Source: Candidatus Eiseniibacteriota bacterium
GTDB lineage: Bacteria > Eisenbacteria > RBG-16-71-46 > CAVPCR01
Reading direction: 5' to 3'
Assembly (NCBI GenBank): GCA_963823555.1
Contig: CAWGMA010000001.1
Coordinates: 1,600,001 to 1,664,000, forward strand
Length of the DNA: 64,000 bases
In this document: positions 44,609 to 53,758 of the stretch, one piece after another
How positions within the stretch are numbered: position 1 is the stretch's first letter
How the letters are laid out: every line of letters begins with the position of its first letter
Notes under the pieces: generated by a model
What the model saw: only the letters and a program-made list of their open reading frames with translations
Database searches by the model: none
Told to the model about the DNA's origin: nothing
Made by a program: the position numbers and the translations under genes

Positions 44609-44971
44609 CTAGCGTCCCAATTCGCGCTTGATCGCTGCCAGCACCTTGAGCGCCGCGATCCGCCGCGCCACGCGGCCCAGCGGAATCCGGAGGACCAGCG
44701 TATCGCCATCGAGGGAGGAGGCGATCTTGAGGCCTCGGCGATCAGAATTGGCTGGGGAAAGGCGGGCCAACCTCGTGCCGCGAGGACTACCTGGCTTCTG
44801 ACCTGCTTTGGCCCTACCCTTCGCCCCGCGCACCCACTGGCCGACCGTCCACCCCGAGATGCCCGTCTCCTTCGCCACTGCCGCCTGCGTCTCGCCACTC
44901 TGAACGCGGCGGACGACCTCTGCCTTCTGCTGCGCCGTGTATCTCACACCCAATGCCTTCCGTGCTGCCAT
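44609..44971 (-). CDS. Helix-turn-helix protein (transposase-type HTH)
   Basis: RYTAQQKAEVVRRVQSGETQAAVAKETGISGWTVGQWV; GGAGGG SD before ATG 44971. Confidence 0.6.
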   Translation of the reverse strand: MAARKALGVRYTAQQKAEVVRRVQSGETQAAVAKETGISGWTVGQWVRGAKGRAKAGQKPGSPRGTRLARLSPANSDRRGLKIASSLDGDTLVLRIPLGRVARRIAALKVLAAIKRELGR

Positions 44972-45144
44972 CCGGACCCTCCGTTTTGTTCCGCGGCCAC
45001 CGCGCCCCTGGTCGTGAGGCGCCGCCATTCAAGCACTCCCCGGCCGCCCGTCAAGCCCCGTGCGGACGCGGCCGGCTGGGTGCATCCTGCGCAGCATGGT
45101 GGCCAGTCAGAGCCGCCCGAAGCGTCCCCTTGACATCCCTGCCG

Positions 45145-45206
45145 GCGGGCGCCGGCGATGCTTTCGTGCCCGATGTGCTCGTGGACTAGCTTGCCCGCTT
45201 CCAGCG
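45145..45206 (+). pseudogene. Tyrosine recombinase fragment (scar 2)
   Basis: AGAGDAFVPDVLVD*LARFQR, colinear with GGPGDVCLPDALVEKLSRFWR of scar 1. Confidence 0.55.
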
Positions 45207-45380
45207 ACGAGGAGATGTTCGAGAAGCTCAGGGGGATCGTGTGCTAGGCCGAGTAGCGGAGGCAGGTCTTGCGGCGAGTCTCCCGTTCAAGGGGCTTCGG
45301 GCCGGGTTTATGGGCCGTGGCTCATCCCCTGGGTTCAGCCTATACCTATAATGGTGTAGAAGTGTCCCTGAATCTGCGTC

Positions 45381-45710
45381 ACGCCAAATCGGCTCGTCCT
45401 CAAGAAAAGCCATCCGAACCCATTCAATCCAATGACCTTGATCTCCTTCGAGGTACCGGAGGTGGCACGTGTCAGCGTACGCATGTCTTCGTCCAGCGGC
45501 CACATGATCCGGACATTGCTGGACGCCGAGGTTGGCCCGGGACGCTACACGGTGGATTGGGATGGCACGGACAACCATGCACAGGCGGTCGCGTCTGCGG
45601 TCTACTTCATCCAACTTCAGGCTGGAGAGCGATCGCCTTTCGCGAAGGCCGTATTGGCCAAGCAGGTTCGAAAAGCGAGGAGCGAGAAGATCAGAGGGAG
45701 GACGAGATGA
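45381..45710 (+). pseudogene. Orphan FlgD-Ig/T9SS-like C-terminal domain fragment
   Basis: RLVLKKSHPNPFNPMTLISFEV...WDGTD...VASAVYFIQL; in-frame stop at 45369, no signal peptide. Confidence 0.7.
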
Positions 45711-45745
45711 CCGAGAAGAAATCGCGGACTTTGCGATCTTGAGAC

Positions 45746-45770
45746 TGACCTGCCCCCAGTAATTGTACCA
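45746..45770. mobile_element. Isolated IS3-family terminal-repeat-like sequence
   Basis: TGACCTGCCCCCAGTAATTGTACCA resembles IS3-family ends (TG..GCCCC). Confidence 0.45.
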
Positions 45771-45815
45771 CTCGTTTCTTGTAGTCATCCTGCGAGCCGG
45801 AGCGGCGCCGGCGAT

Positions 45816-46385
45816 TGCTCTGACCCCCAATTGAGCGAGACACCCTCGAGGAGTAGGCTGAAAGGACTCCGGAGGGTGAGATGGAGAACGTTGTTCGCGG
45901 CAGCGACGGTCGGCGGCTTTTCACGGCCGAGTTCAAGCGCCGGCAAATCGATCGGGTGCTGAGGGGTGAGCTCACGGCGGCGGAGCTGAGCCGGGAACTC
46001 GGGGTCTCGCGACCTCTGATCCAGAAGTGGAAGTACCTGGCGACGAAAGCTGCGGAGGCGGCGGTGCGCTCCAATGGAGATGTCGTTCCGGTGTCGGAGT
46101 TGCGGGCGGCACAGTCGCGGATCAAGGAACTCGAGCGGGCGCTCGGCCTGGCGACGATGCAGAACGAGATTCTCCGGGCCGCGCGACGAAGTAAAGAAAG
46201 ACCGAGCTGGTACGGCGTGTCCAAGCGCAGACGCAGCGATCCCTCGCCATGATCTGTCGCACGCTCTCGATCGGACGGGCCACAGCCTATCGCAAGCCGG
46301 CTTCGCGGCCGCGGCGATACAAGATGCGAGAGGACGAAGTCGTGGTCGCCCAGCTCCGACAGGCCCTTCGGGACCGTACTTTCGT
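45816..46385 (+). mobile_element. Truncated IS3-family (IS2-group) element: left IR, orfA 45881..46252, start of orfB
   Basis: IR TGCTCTGACCCCCAATTGAGCGAGACACC; orfA RRLFTAEFK...VVPVSELRAAQSRIKELERALG..TMQNEIL (InsC-like); orfB ICRTLSIGRATAY.. ends near 46385. Confidence 0.8.
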
Positions 46386-46395
46386 ACACTACGGG

Positions 46396-46517
46396 CTCGG
46401 CGAGATCGTCGGGCTGAACGTCGCTGACAAGTACTTCCAACACGCTTGCCCACGCACCCGCGGTCGTCGGCGCCGCGAGCTTGCGAAGCACGGCGTGCCG
46501 GGGATCTGTTCATGCCC
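46396..46517 (+). pseudogene. Tyrosine recombinase fragment (scar 3)
   Basis: LGEIVGLNVADKYF...PRTR.R.RRELAK.G.PG(-1)DLFMP, colinear at DNA level with 43528-43650. Confidence 0.7.
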
Positions 46518-46540
46518 CTTCCAGACCGACTGCAGGACCT

Positions 46541-48022
46541 CTATTTCACCATCACCATTCTCCCGGTCACGCTCGCTCCTGCGCTCTCCAGCCGATAGAA
46601 GTACACGCCAGACGGTTGCGGCGCACCATCCCTACAACGCCCGTCCCATACGACCTCGTACTCGCCGGCGTCGGCGAACCGGTCAAAGGGCTGAGCGACG
46701 ACACGCCCAGAGGGATCGAAGATGGTGAGCGTGGTCCGACCACGGGTTGGCAGAGCAAAAGCCAGCGTCGTTGCCAGATTGACGAGGGGATTGGGGCTGC
46801 TCTGCTTAAGAACGAGCACAGCAAGGTCCGGAACACGTGACCCGTCCCGGATGCCTGCCGTCAGAGGTTCGCCGCGCTTGTAGTAGACTTCGGGATTGCC
46901 GTCGCGGCGGTCTTCCCACACGACGTGCACGTTGCCACTGGGGTCGACTCCGATGTCGGGATGTCTGGAGACCCACGGATCGTATGTGAGCCGCTCGTCA
47001 GCTGTCCATGAGAGCCCGTCCCAGCGCTTGTAGTAGATCTCTGGATAATTGCCGTCGCGGTAATCTTCCCACACGACGTGCACGTTGCCGCTGGGGTCCG
47101 CTGCGAGCGCGGGGGAGTGAGTATGGTTGGGCTCTCCTGGAGCTGAAACGATGAGTTCGTCGGGCGTCCACGTGACCCCGTCCCAGCGCTTGTAGTACAC
47201 CTTCCAATTGACGGCGCGCTGGTCTTCCCACACGACGTGGACGTTGCCGCTGGGATCCGCTGCCACGGCGGAGTATCGGGAATCCCCCGGAGCGTTTGTG
47301 AGCCGCTCGTCAGCTGTCCATGAGAGCCCGTCCCAGCGCTTGTAGTAGATCTCTTCATTGCCGTCGCGGCCGTCGGTCCACACGGCGTGCACGTTGCCGT
47401 TGGGGTCGGCTGCGAGCGCGGGCGGGTATCCTCCGAGTGCGAGGCGCTCGCTCGCGGTCCATGACCCGGCATCCCAGCGTGCATAGTAGATTCCCCAGCC
47501 GTTGGTGACGCACCACACGAGGTGGACGTTGCCGCCGGGGTCGGCTGCTAGCGCGGGGTACACGGAGTGGTTTCCCGCGTTTGAAACGATGCGTTCATCA
47601 GGAGTCCAGGTGACCCCATCCCAGCGCTTGTAGTAGAGCGTGTACCACGAGTGAGGATCAGCGAACGACCACACGACGTGGACGTTGCCGCTGGGATCGG
47701 CCGTGAGGTCGGGAGAGCCACCCACCCTTGTTGCGAGGTGCTCGTCAAGAGTCCATGAGCCCCCATCGCAGCGCTTGTAGTAGAGTTCATCAGGAGTCAA
47801 AGAGTCGCGGCTTTCCGCCCACAGGACGTGGACGGTGCCGCTCGGGTCCGCTGCCACGGCGGGGTTGATGGACTCGTCCGAAGTGTTGGTGAGCCGCTCG
47901 GCGGCGGTCCAGATCAGCTCGGCAGTGAGCACCCCAGGAGCAGCACTCGATACCGCCAGACTGAGAAGGCTGAGCACGACGATATGAGGGCCTGGGACCA
48001 GGCGACGGCAGATGGCAACCAT
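46541..48022 (-). CDS. Secreted repeat (beta-propeller-like) protein with FlgD-Ig/T9SS-like C-terminal domain
   Basis: Signal peptide; seven ~53-aa repeats 'WT.DER.....P.lAADP.GNVHVVW.D.R....YYKRWDG'; ends SPNP..WDGR..SGVYFYRL..MVMVK. Confidence 0.85.
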   Translation of the reverse strand: MVAICRRLVPGPHIVVLSLLSLAVSSAAPGVLTAELIWTAAERLTNTSDESINPAVAADPSGTVHVLWAESRDSLTPDELYYKRCDGGSWTLDEHLATRVGGSPDLTADPSGNVHVVWSFADPHSWYTLYYKRWDGVTWTPDERIVSNAGNHSVYPALAADPGGNVHLVWCVTNGWGIYYARWDAGSWTASERLALGGYPPALAADPNGNVHAVWTDGRDGNEEIYYKRWDGLSWTADERLTNAPGDSRYSAVAADPSGNVHVVWEDQRAVNWKVYYKRWDGVTWTPDELIVSAPGEPNHTHSPALAADPSGNVHVVWEDYRDGNYPEIYYKRWDGLSWTADERLTYDPWVSRHPDIGVDPSGNVHVVWEDRRDGNPEVYYKRGEPLTAGIRDGSRVPDLAVLVLKQSSPNPLVNLATTLAFALPTRGRTTLTIFDPSGRVVAQPFDRFADAGEYEVVWDGRCRDGAPQPSGVYFYRLESAGASVTGRMVMVK

Positions 48023-48499
48023 GGCTGCCCCCGTGCTTCTGCGTCGGCAAGCCGGGCCGTTGCGGCGCACGTGATTTGAGTTTCCGGCCTCGTCGCGGGC
48101 GGCCTCGATGGGGTGCGGCGCTCGGCAGGCGAGGAGCCTACTGAATTGCGGCGATCATACGCCAGTTCTCGCAGGTCGGCAACCGCCGGATGGGCTTGGC
48201 ATGCTGTTCGTTTCAGCCTCAATGGGACCAAGTCAACGCCTCAGATTGAGAGATACTTCCAAATAGGACCGAGTGCCGATTCCTGTACGTCGTCGACCCT
48301 TTGGAGCAAACGGAACCCATTTCCTAGGAGACAGCTTCTGGGTTAGGCCATTGCTCGTCCCCTGGCTCAGCGTATAACTGGTCGAGGGTCGGCTCGTAGA
48401 TCCGGCCCTTTCGGAAGAGGGCGAGGAGGCCGAGCGGGGGGGGACTCGTTGCCGCACTGGATGGCGCCAGGAAACGCCTCCAAGGCATCGAGGGGGCTT

Positions 48500-48772
48500 C
48501 GACCCATCTCCGGTTCGGATGACGCCCTTCTGGGCGCCCTGAACGCCCCCCTGGACGAACCCCTCACCTTCGAGCTCAAGCGAGAGCTAGTCGATACCCT
48601 CGTGGAAGGCATCACGGTCGACACCATCCCCGAGAACGGGAAGCGCGAACTGGTCGTCACCGTGGACTACCGCTTCGCACCCCCCCCCGCCGAGTCCCAC
48701 TCTCGATCCTCGTTTGCGACACGAACCAACAGGGGTGCGTGCACCCCGGGCTCGCCGCGGCTCTGCCGCTGA
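48500..48772 (+). pseudogene. C-terminal remnant of a large serine recombinase
   Basis: LDEPLTFELKRELVDTLVEGITVDT...VVTVDYRF, resembling the post-coiled-coil tail of large serine recombinases; no catalytic domain. Confidence 0.65.
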
Positions 48773-50116
48773 TGCGCGGTCTCCCTTGCGCTGATCCGGG
48801 AATCGCGCGGATGTTTCCGCTGAAACATCGTAGATCGCCCGCCGGTCGTGCACCTGCCACGGCGCGCGGTGGCGCGCCCGGTAGTAGGTCGAGCGCAGCT
48901 CCTCCGGATCCCCGCCTGAGGCTGCGGCGGCCTCGATTGTCTCTATCTCCTCCTCCGCCTTCTCATCCGCTTCTTCCGCCTCCTGAAGCCACTCCCAGAA
49001 CTCCTCGTCCTCTATCGCCCCGGCTTCTCCCAGCACCCATCTCTCCCCGCGCACCGTAATGAACCGGAGCTCGCCGTCCTGGCGCTCGCAGCGCAAGAGC
49101 CCCGCGTGCACCAGCTGATGGTGGAACCGGCAGAGGTAGACGAGATTCGAGCGCACATGGCGCCCGCCCTCCCACACCGGCACGAGATGATGCAGGTCGA
49201 GCCACAGCCGGCGCCGGCAGCCCGGGACCCGGCAGCGGTGCCCATCGCGGAGCGCCACCGCGCGCCGCGTCACCTCGGGCACCGTGCGCGTGCGACGGCT
49301 CGCCGCGAGCCCCTCCTTCCCCTCCCTGACCACCCGGAGCGCACAGTCGCAGAGGAGCCGCTCGACGACCTCCCGCGGTAACGGCGCCTCCCCCGCGGCG
49401 TCATCGGTCTCGACCCAGCTCCCACCATCCTCGCCCACGTGCACCACGACCTCGTAGCGCTCCGCCGTCCGGACCTCCCCCACCTCCCCCGAGAGCGAGT
49501 CCGCCGCCAGGTACACGAGCGCCTCCGACCCGGAGAGCCCTCCCCCCGCTTCCTTCCTGATCCGCTCGAGCGCCCGCATCACCACCATCATCTCCTCCGA
49601 CGGGAGATCCACCACCATCCGGGTCGTGTGCGCGTTGACCGCCTTCGTGAGGAGCCGCCGCCGCACCGGCTCCCCCCGCGTCGCCCGCGCCGCCATCACC
49701 TCGAGCTCCTCCGCCGTGCGCTCCCGCGCCGCACGGAGCCACTCCCCCTCGGTCTCCGCCGTCGCCACCCGCGTCACCGCCCTCGCCTTGGAGTAGGAGA
49801 GCTCGCCCCGCCTGAGCGCCGCCTCGAGCGCCGGCAACGCTTCCAAGGCGAACGCCACCCGGATCCGCTCCCGGGCCGCGACCCCGGTGATGCCGCAGAC
49901 GAGCTCGAGGTAATGAGCGAGGGTCGTGCACCCGAAGTGCTCGTGGCCCTCACAGGCATCCATCTGGCGGATGAGGACCAGGAGCCGCCACGTGTTCCAG
50001 CTCGCGACCCGGGCCTGGCGGAGGAACTCCGTGTGCAGGGTCTCGGCTGTCAGATTGGTGGGAGGAAGCGTGGGCGCGACTCGATCAGACACAACCACGG
50101 GAATGGAGGTCGACAT
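48587..50116 (-). CDS. DUF222-like HNH endonuclease protein
   Basis: ARERIRVAFALEALP..GELSYSKARAVTRVAT; RDGHRCRVPGC..LDLHHLVP..GG..SNLVYLCRFHH; the C-terminal ~50 aa overlap the recombinase remnant. Confidence 0.85.
   Translation of the reverse strand: MSTSIPVVVSDRVAPTLPPTNLTAETLHTEFLRQARVASWNTWRLLVLIRQMDACEGHEHFGCTTLAHYLELVCGITGVAARERIRVAFALEALPALEAALRRGELSYSKARAVTRVATAETEGEWLRAARERTAEELEVMAARATRGEPVRRRLLTKAVNAHTTRMVVDLPSEEMMVVMRALERIRKEAGGGLSGSEALVYLAADSLSGEVGEVRTAERYEVVVHVGEDGGSWVETDDAAGEAPLPREVVERLLCDCALRVVREGKEGLAASRRTRTVPEVTRRAVALRDGHRCRVPGCRRRLWLDLHHLVPVWEGGRHVRSNLVYLCRFHHQLVHAGLLRCERQDGELRFITVRGERWVLGEAGAIEDEEFWEWLQEAEEADEKAEEEIETIEAAAASGGDPEELRSTYYRARHRAPWQVHDRRAIYDVSAETSARFPDQRKGDRASAAEPRRARGARTPVGSCRKRGSRVGLGGGGCEAVVHGDDQFALPVLGDGVDRDAFHEGID
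48699..48739 (+). repeat. 41-bp imperfect direct repeat, copy B
   Basis: actctcgatcctcgtttgcgacacgaaccaacaggggtgcg; 4 mismatches to copy A. Confidence 0.85.
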
Positions 50117-50358
50117 GGCGATACTCCTTCCGGGGGTCCTGCTGGATTGTCGCGGGGAGGGAATGCGGGATCAGAATACGAACGGAACCACTACCGATCA
50201 AGCACTTTCTGAACCCACAAGCACATTTCTGCGGGTGCATGCGCTCGTGGAGAGCACGCGCCCGCTCATCACTTCGTCAACCGCACTTCGCAAAACTGAC
50301 TTCGCGAAACTCACGCAATCACGAACAAGGCGCCCATCCCGTCCCCAGGAACACCAGA

Positions 50359-51015
50359 TCATTCATATAGAGCCTTGATGCTCCCCCAGGTCGTGGGCTC
50401 GACCGTCTCCCCATCAGCCCATCGCCGCGGTTCAGGGCGGGGCAGATCTCTCCAGTCGGCGATCTGCCAGCCTCCACCCTCGAGCGGCACGAAGATGAAG
50501 TCCGCCTGGGCGCCGCTCACCTCGAGCCCATCGTTGGGATTGAACATCAAGCGCAGGTAGACGTTCGTGGCGAGGATCTGCTTCCAGCCCTCGCGCCCCA
50601 CCTGCGGCGGCGTGAGATCCTGGGTGGGATCGAGCGTCAAGATGAGCCGGAGCGAGTACATTTCCCCCGCCTTCTGCGCCGTGAACATGGCCTCGTGCGC
50701 CGCCACCTCCGCAGCCATGCCCCAGCTCTCGGGAAGCCCGTTCTGGATGTCCGGGGTCTGGAACCGGAAGATGAACCCGGGAACCTGATCCGATCCTCGC
50801 CAGAGGAGGCTCGCATAGGCGTCTCGCCGCTCCTCGGCCGTGTGATCGCGATCGTTGTAGATGATCTCGAGGGCATCCAAAACGATATCAGGCGTAGCGT
50901 ACGAGGAGGCAGGCCACGGCGCCGGCGGATCGGGCTCCAGCGGGTCGTCGCCGCAGCCGGCTCCTAGGCCGGCCGTGGCGAGGAGAAGAACCACGCAGAA
51001 GCGACGAGCGATCAT
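50359..51015 (-). CDS. Lipoprotein, one copy of a repeated domain + TWGxIK tail
   Basis: GAGC lipobox then GDDP; YLRLMFNPNDGLEV; ends VEPTTWGSIKALYE. Confidence 0.8.
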   Translation of the reverse strand: MIARRFCVVLLLATAGLGAGCGDDPLEPDPPAPWPASSYATPDIVLDALEIIYNDRDHTAEERRDAYASLLWRGSDQVPGFIFRFQTPDIQNGLPESWGMAAEVAAHEAMFTAQKAGEMYSLRLILTLDPTQDLTPPQVGREGWKQILATNVYLRLMFNPNDGLEVSGAQADFIFVPLEGGGWQIADWRDLPRPEPRRWADGETVEPTTWGSIKALYE

Positions 51016-51054
51016 CGCTCTCCTCCATTCGGCGACTCTTCCGACTCGAGCATC

Positions 51055-52254
51055 TCAACGGAAGCTCGCCTTGATGAACCCCCAGCTGGTGGTCTCCACG
51101 GCCGGAGCAGGGCGCGGCAGATCCCACCACTCCGCGATGTACCAGCGCCCGCCGCTCGCCGGCATCATCAGGAAACGCCCCTGCGCGCCGTTCACCTCGA
51201 GGCCGTTGTTGGGATTGAACATGAGCCGCAGGTACGTGTTCGAGGCGAAGACCTCCTGCCATCCCTCGCCGCCGGGAATGGGCGGATCGGGATCGCGGGG
51301 AGGCTCGCACTGCACGATCAGGGCCAGGGAATAGACGCCGCCGTTCTCCTGCACGGTGAAGAGTCCCTCGTGGGCCGCCAGCTCGTCCGCGAATCCCCAC
51401 GATTCAGGGAGCCCCGTGCCCGGCAAGAAATGGAAGACGAAATCCGGAAAGTCGGGTGCGCCAGGAGCGAGGAGCTCGCGATAGCCAGCCACTCTCTCGG
51501 CGGCGGTATGCAGGCGGCTGTTGTAGACGACATGGATCGCCTCGATCAGCGCGAGCGGCGACTCCGGTGGGGGGATCACCGTTCCCGGCTCGGGATGGAA
51601 CAAGAGCTTCATCCGCCCCCAGCTCCAGGGATCGACAGCGACCTTCTCGTATCCGTAGCTGTCCTCCCAGTCGGCCAGGCGCCAGGTGCCGTCGCCGTGA
51701 GGAGCGAGGAGGAAACGCGCCTCGCCGTTGCTCACGGCGAGGCCGTCATCGGGAGTGAAGAGGAGCACGAGATCGACGTCGGTGGCCGTGATCTCCTTCC
51801 ATCCCTCGCGTCCCGGCTCCGGCGGGTCGAGGTCGCGCGCCGGGGCGAGCGTCATGTCGAGCCTGAGGGAATGCACCTGACCCTCGCGGATCGCGGCGAA
51901 GAGCGCGTCGTGCGCCAGCATCTCGTCGGCGAATCCCCAGGCATCGGGCGCGCCGTTTCGTATCACATCCCAGTCGGTGAAGCGGAAGACGAGGCCCGGG
52001 CTCGCTGCCGTTCGCGGGAGGAGGAGCTTCGCGAACTCCGCAGCCTTCTCCTCGGGGGTCCGCACCTGATCCTCGTAGAGGACCTCGATCGCGCGGATGA
52101 CGCTGTCGGGAGCGGTGAGCGCCGGTACCGGCGGCGGCTCGGGCCCCGGCGCCACCGGATCGTCGCCGCAGCCCGTGGCCGCCGCGACGAGCGAGAGCAG
52201 GATCAGGCTCGGGAGTCGAGTCGAGCCTCTGCCCGCGCGAATCCCCATCTTCAT
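51055..52254 (-). CDS. Lipoprotein, two copies of the same domain, each followed by an SWG motif
   Basis: ATGC-GDDP; internal AVDPWSWGRMK; terminal AVETTSWGFIKASFR; start uncertain (52248-52278). Confidence 0.8.
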   Translation of the reverse strand: MKMGIRAGRGSTRLPSLILLSLVAAATGCGDDPVAPGPEPPPVPALTAPDSVIRAIEVLYEDQVRTPEEKAAEFAKLLLPRTAASPGLVFRFTDWDVIRNGAPDAWGFADEMLAHDALFAAIREGQVHSLRLDMTLAPARDLDPPEPGREGWKEITATDVDLVLLFTPDDGLAVSNGEARFLLAPHGDGTWRLADWEDSYGYEKVAVDPWSWGRMKLLFHPEPGTVIPPPESPLALIEAIHVVYNSRLHTAAERVAGYRELLAPGAPDFPDFVFHFLPGTGLPESWGFADELAAHEGLFTVQENGGVYSLALIVQCEPPRDPDPPIPGGEGWQEVFASNTYLRLMFNPNNGLEVNGAQGRFLMMPASGGRWYIAEWWDLPRPAPAVETTSWGFIKASFR

Positions 52255-52264
52255 GCCTCGCGAC

Positions 52265-53470
52265 TCAACGGTAGACATCCTTGATCGAGCCCCAGGTCGA
52301 GGTCTCGACGAGCGCCTTGCCGGCGGGCGCCGGTCGCGGCAGGTCCTGCCATTCGACCATGTACCAGCGGCCGCCGGAAGCCGGCGCGAGGAGCACCTCG
52401 GCCTGGCTCCCGTTCACCTCGAGGCCGTCGTTCGGATTGAACATGAGGCGCAGGTTGAAATTCGTTACGAAGATCTCCTTCCAGTCCTCCTGCCCCGGCA
52501 CCGGCGGATCGGGATCACTCGGCACGCCGAACGTCATCCGCATCTGGAGCGAGAAGATCTCGCCTCGTTCCTGTGCCGCGAACAGGGCATCGTGGACGGC
52601 GCTCTCGGTCGTCAGCCCCCACTCCGGCGGCAGGCCGTTCTGCACGTCGTACGGCTGGAGCTCGAAGTTGAACTCGGGAAGATCGTGCGCCCCGGGAGCG
52701 AAAAGCTCCGTATAGGCGGCGGCCCGCTCCGCGGCCGAGCGCTCGGTGTCGTTGTAGATGGCGGCGATGGCATCGAGAACGCTCTCGGGCGAACCCGGCG
52801 GCGGGATCACCGGCGAGTCCCCCCGGTAAAGCGTCTTGAACGAACCCCACGTCGCCGGCTCGACCGCGGATTCCGTCTTGGGCTCGGGCCGCGGCAGATC
52901 CTGCCAGTCGCCGAGCCGCCAGGTTCCGCCCTCCGCCGGGGCGAACGCGAACTCCCCCTGTCCGCCGTTCACCTCGAGGCCGTCATTGGGATTGAACATG
53001 AGCCGCAGATAGATGTTCCGGGCGAAGATCTCCTGCCACCCCGGGCGCAGAGGATCGGGCGGCGAGAGTACCTGCGCGGAGTTGCGCGTGATGGCGAGCT
53101 GGAGGGAGTGGATGTCCCCCGCGGCCTGGGCTCCGAACATGCCCTGGTGGGCATCGACCTCCTCCTCGGCGCCCCAGGTCTCGGGCAGGCCGTTCTGGAT
53201 GTCGGCCGGCTGGAAGCGGAACACGAAACCCGGTGCGGTCTCGGTTCGCGGCCAGAGGAGCTTCGCGTACTCGTCAGCCCTTGTGGCAGCCGAATGGGTG
53301 CGATCGTTGTAGATGATCTCGATCGCCTCGAGGATCGAATCCGGAGCGCTCAGCGCGGGAACCCAGGGGCCCTCCGGCCCGGGGTCGGGTTCGACCGGGT
53401 CGTCATCGCAGGCGGATGACAGGCAGGCGAGGGAAACAAGGAGCAAACAGGCGACGCGGCGAGCGATCAT
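52265..53470 (-). CDS. Lipoprotein, two copies of the same domain, each followed by a TWG motif
   Basis: MIARR..LSSAC-DDDP; internal AVEPATWGSFK; terminal LVETSTWGSIKDVYR; GGGAGG SD. Confidence 0.8.
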   Translation of the reverse strand: MIARRVACLLLVSLACLSSACDDDPVEPDPGPEGPWVPALSAPDSILEAIEIIYNDRTHSAATRADEYAKLLWPRTETAPGFVFRFQPADIQNGLPETWGAEEEVDAHQGMFGAQAAGDIHSLQLAITRNSAQVLSPPDPLRPGWQEIFARNIYLRLMFNPNDGLEVNGGQGEFAFAPAEGGTWRLGDWQDLPRPEPKTESAVEPATWGSFKTLYRGDSPVIPPPGSPESVLDAIAAIYNDTERSAAERAAAYTELFAPGAHDLPEFNFELQPYDVQNGLPPEWGLTTESAVHDALFAAQERGEIFSLQMRMTFGVPSDPDPPVPGQEDWKEIFVTNFNLRLMFNPNDGLEVNGSQAEVLLAPASGGRWYMVEWQDLPRPAPAGKALVETSTWGSIKDVYR

Positions 53471-53758
53471 GAACCGACCTCCCACGTGCCGCCGGGGACC
53501 CGGCCACCAGGGTCATTGCGCCCCCGGAGCCTGGCGGCTGGATCGGGACAGCCCGGGCCCCGGGACGGGTTACAGGCCCCATGATACCACCCGGTCGCCT
53601 GGCCATCCCCTGGCCGGGGTACGATGCGTGCTTTCGCTCATGGAGCGCGCACGAACTGCCGACATCGCAGGTAGTCGCGTTGGCAAGCCCGATCTTCGTG
53701 TGGCATTGCGGCCAGCATACGGCTGCGCGCGCCGCTCGCTCTGATCACCCGGGACCGT

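Noticed and set aside
48160..48240. c-di-GMP-I riboswitch upstream of the 48022 gene
   Set aside because: Only a GCGGTTGCCGA-like 3' piece is present; the GGCAAA..GAAA..GCAAAGC core is absent.
48680..48688. C9 homopolymer as a phase-variation tract
   Set aside because: It lies in a recombinase remnant and the non-conserved tail of the HNH ORF, so there is no clear functional target.
41411..48772. Classical integron or CRISPR array
   Set aside because: No intact IntI, no recurring attC-type structure recognised, no regularly spaced repeats and no cas genes.
50174..50188. LexA-like GAAT-N7-GAAC site upstream of the HNH gene
   Set aside because: A single imperfect match, and the LexA motif of this lineage is unknown to me.
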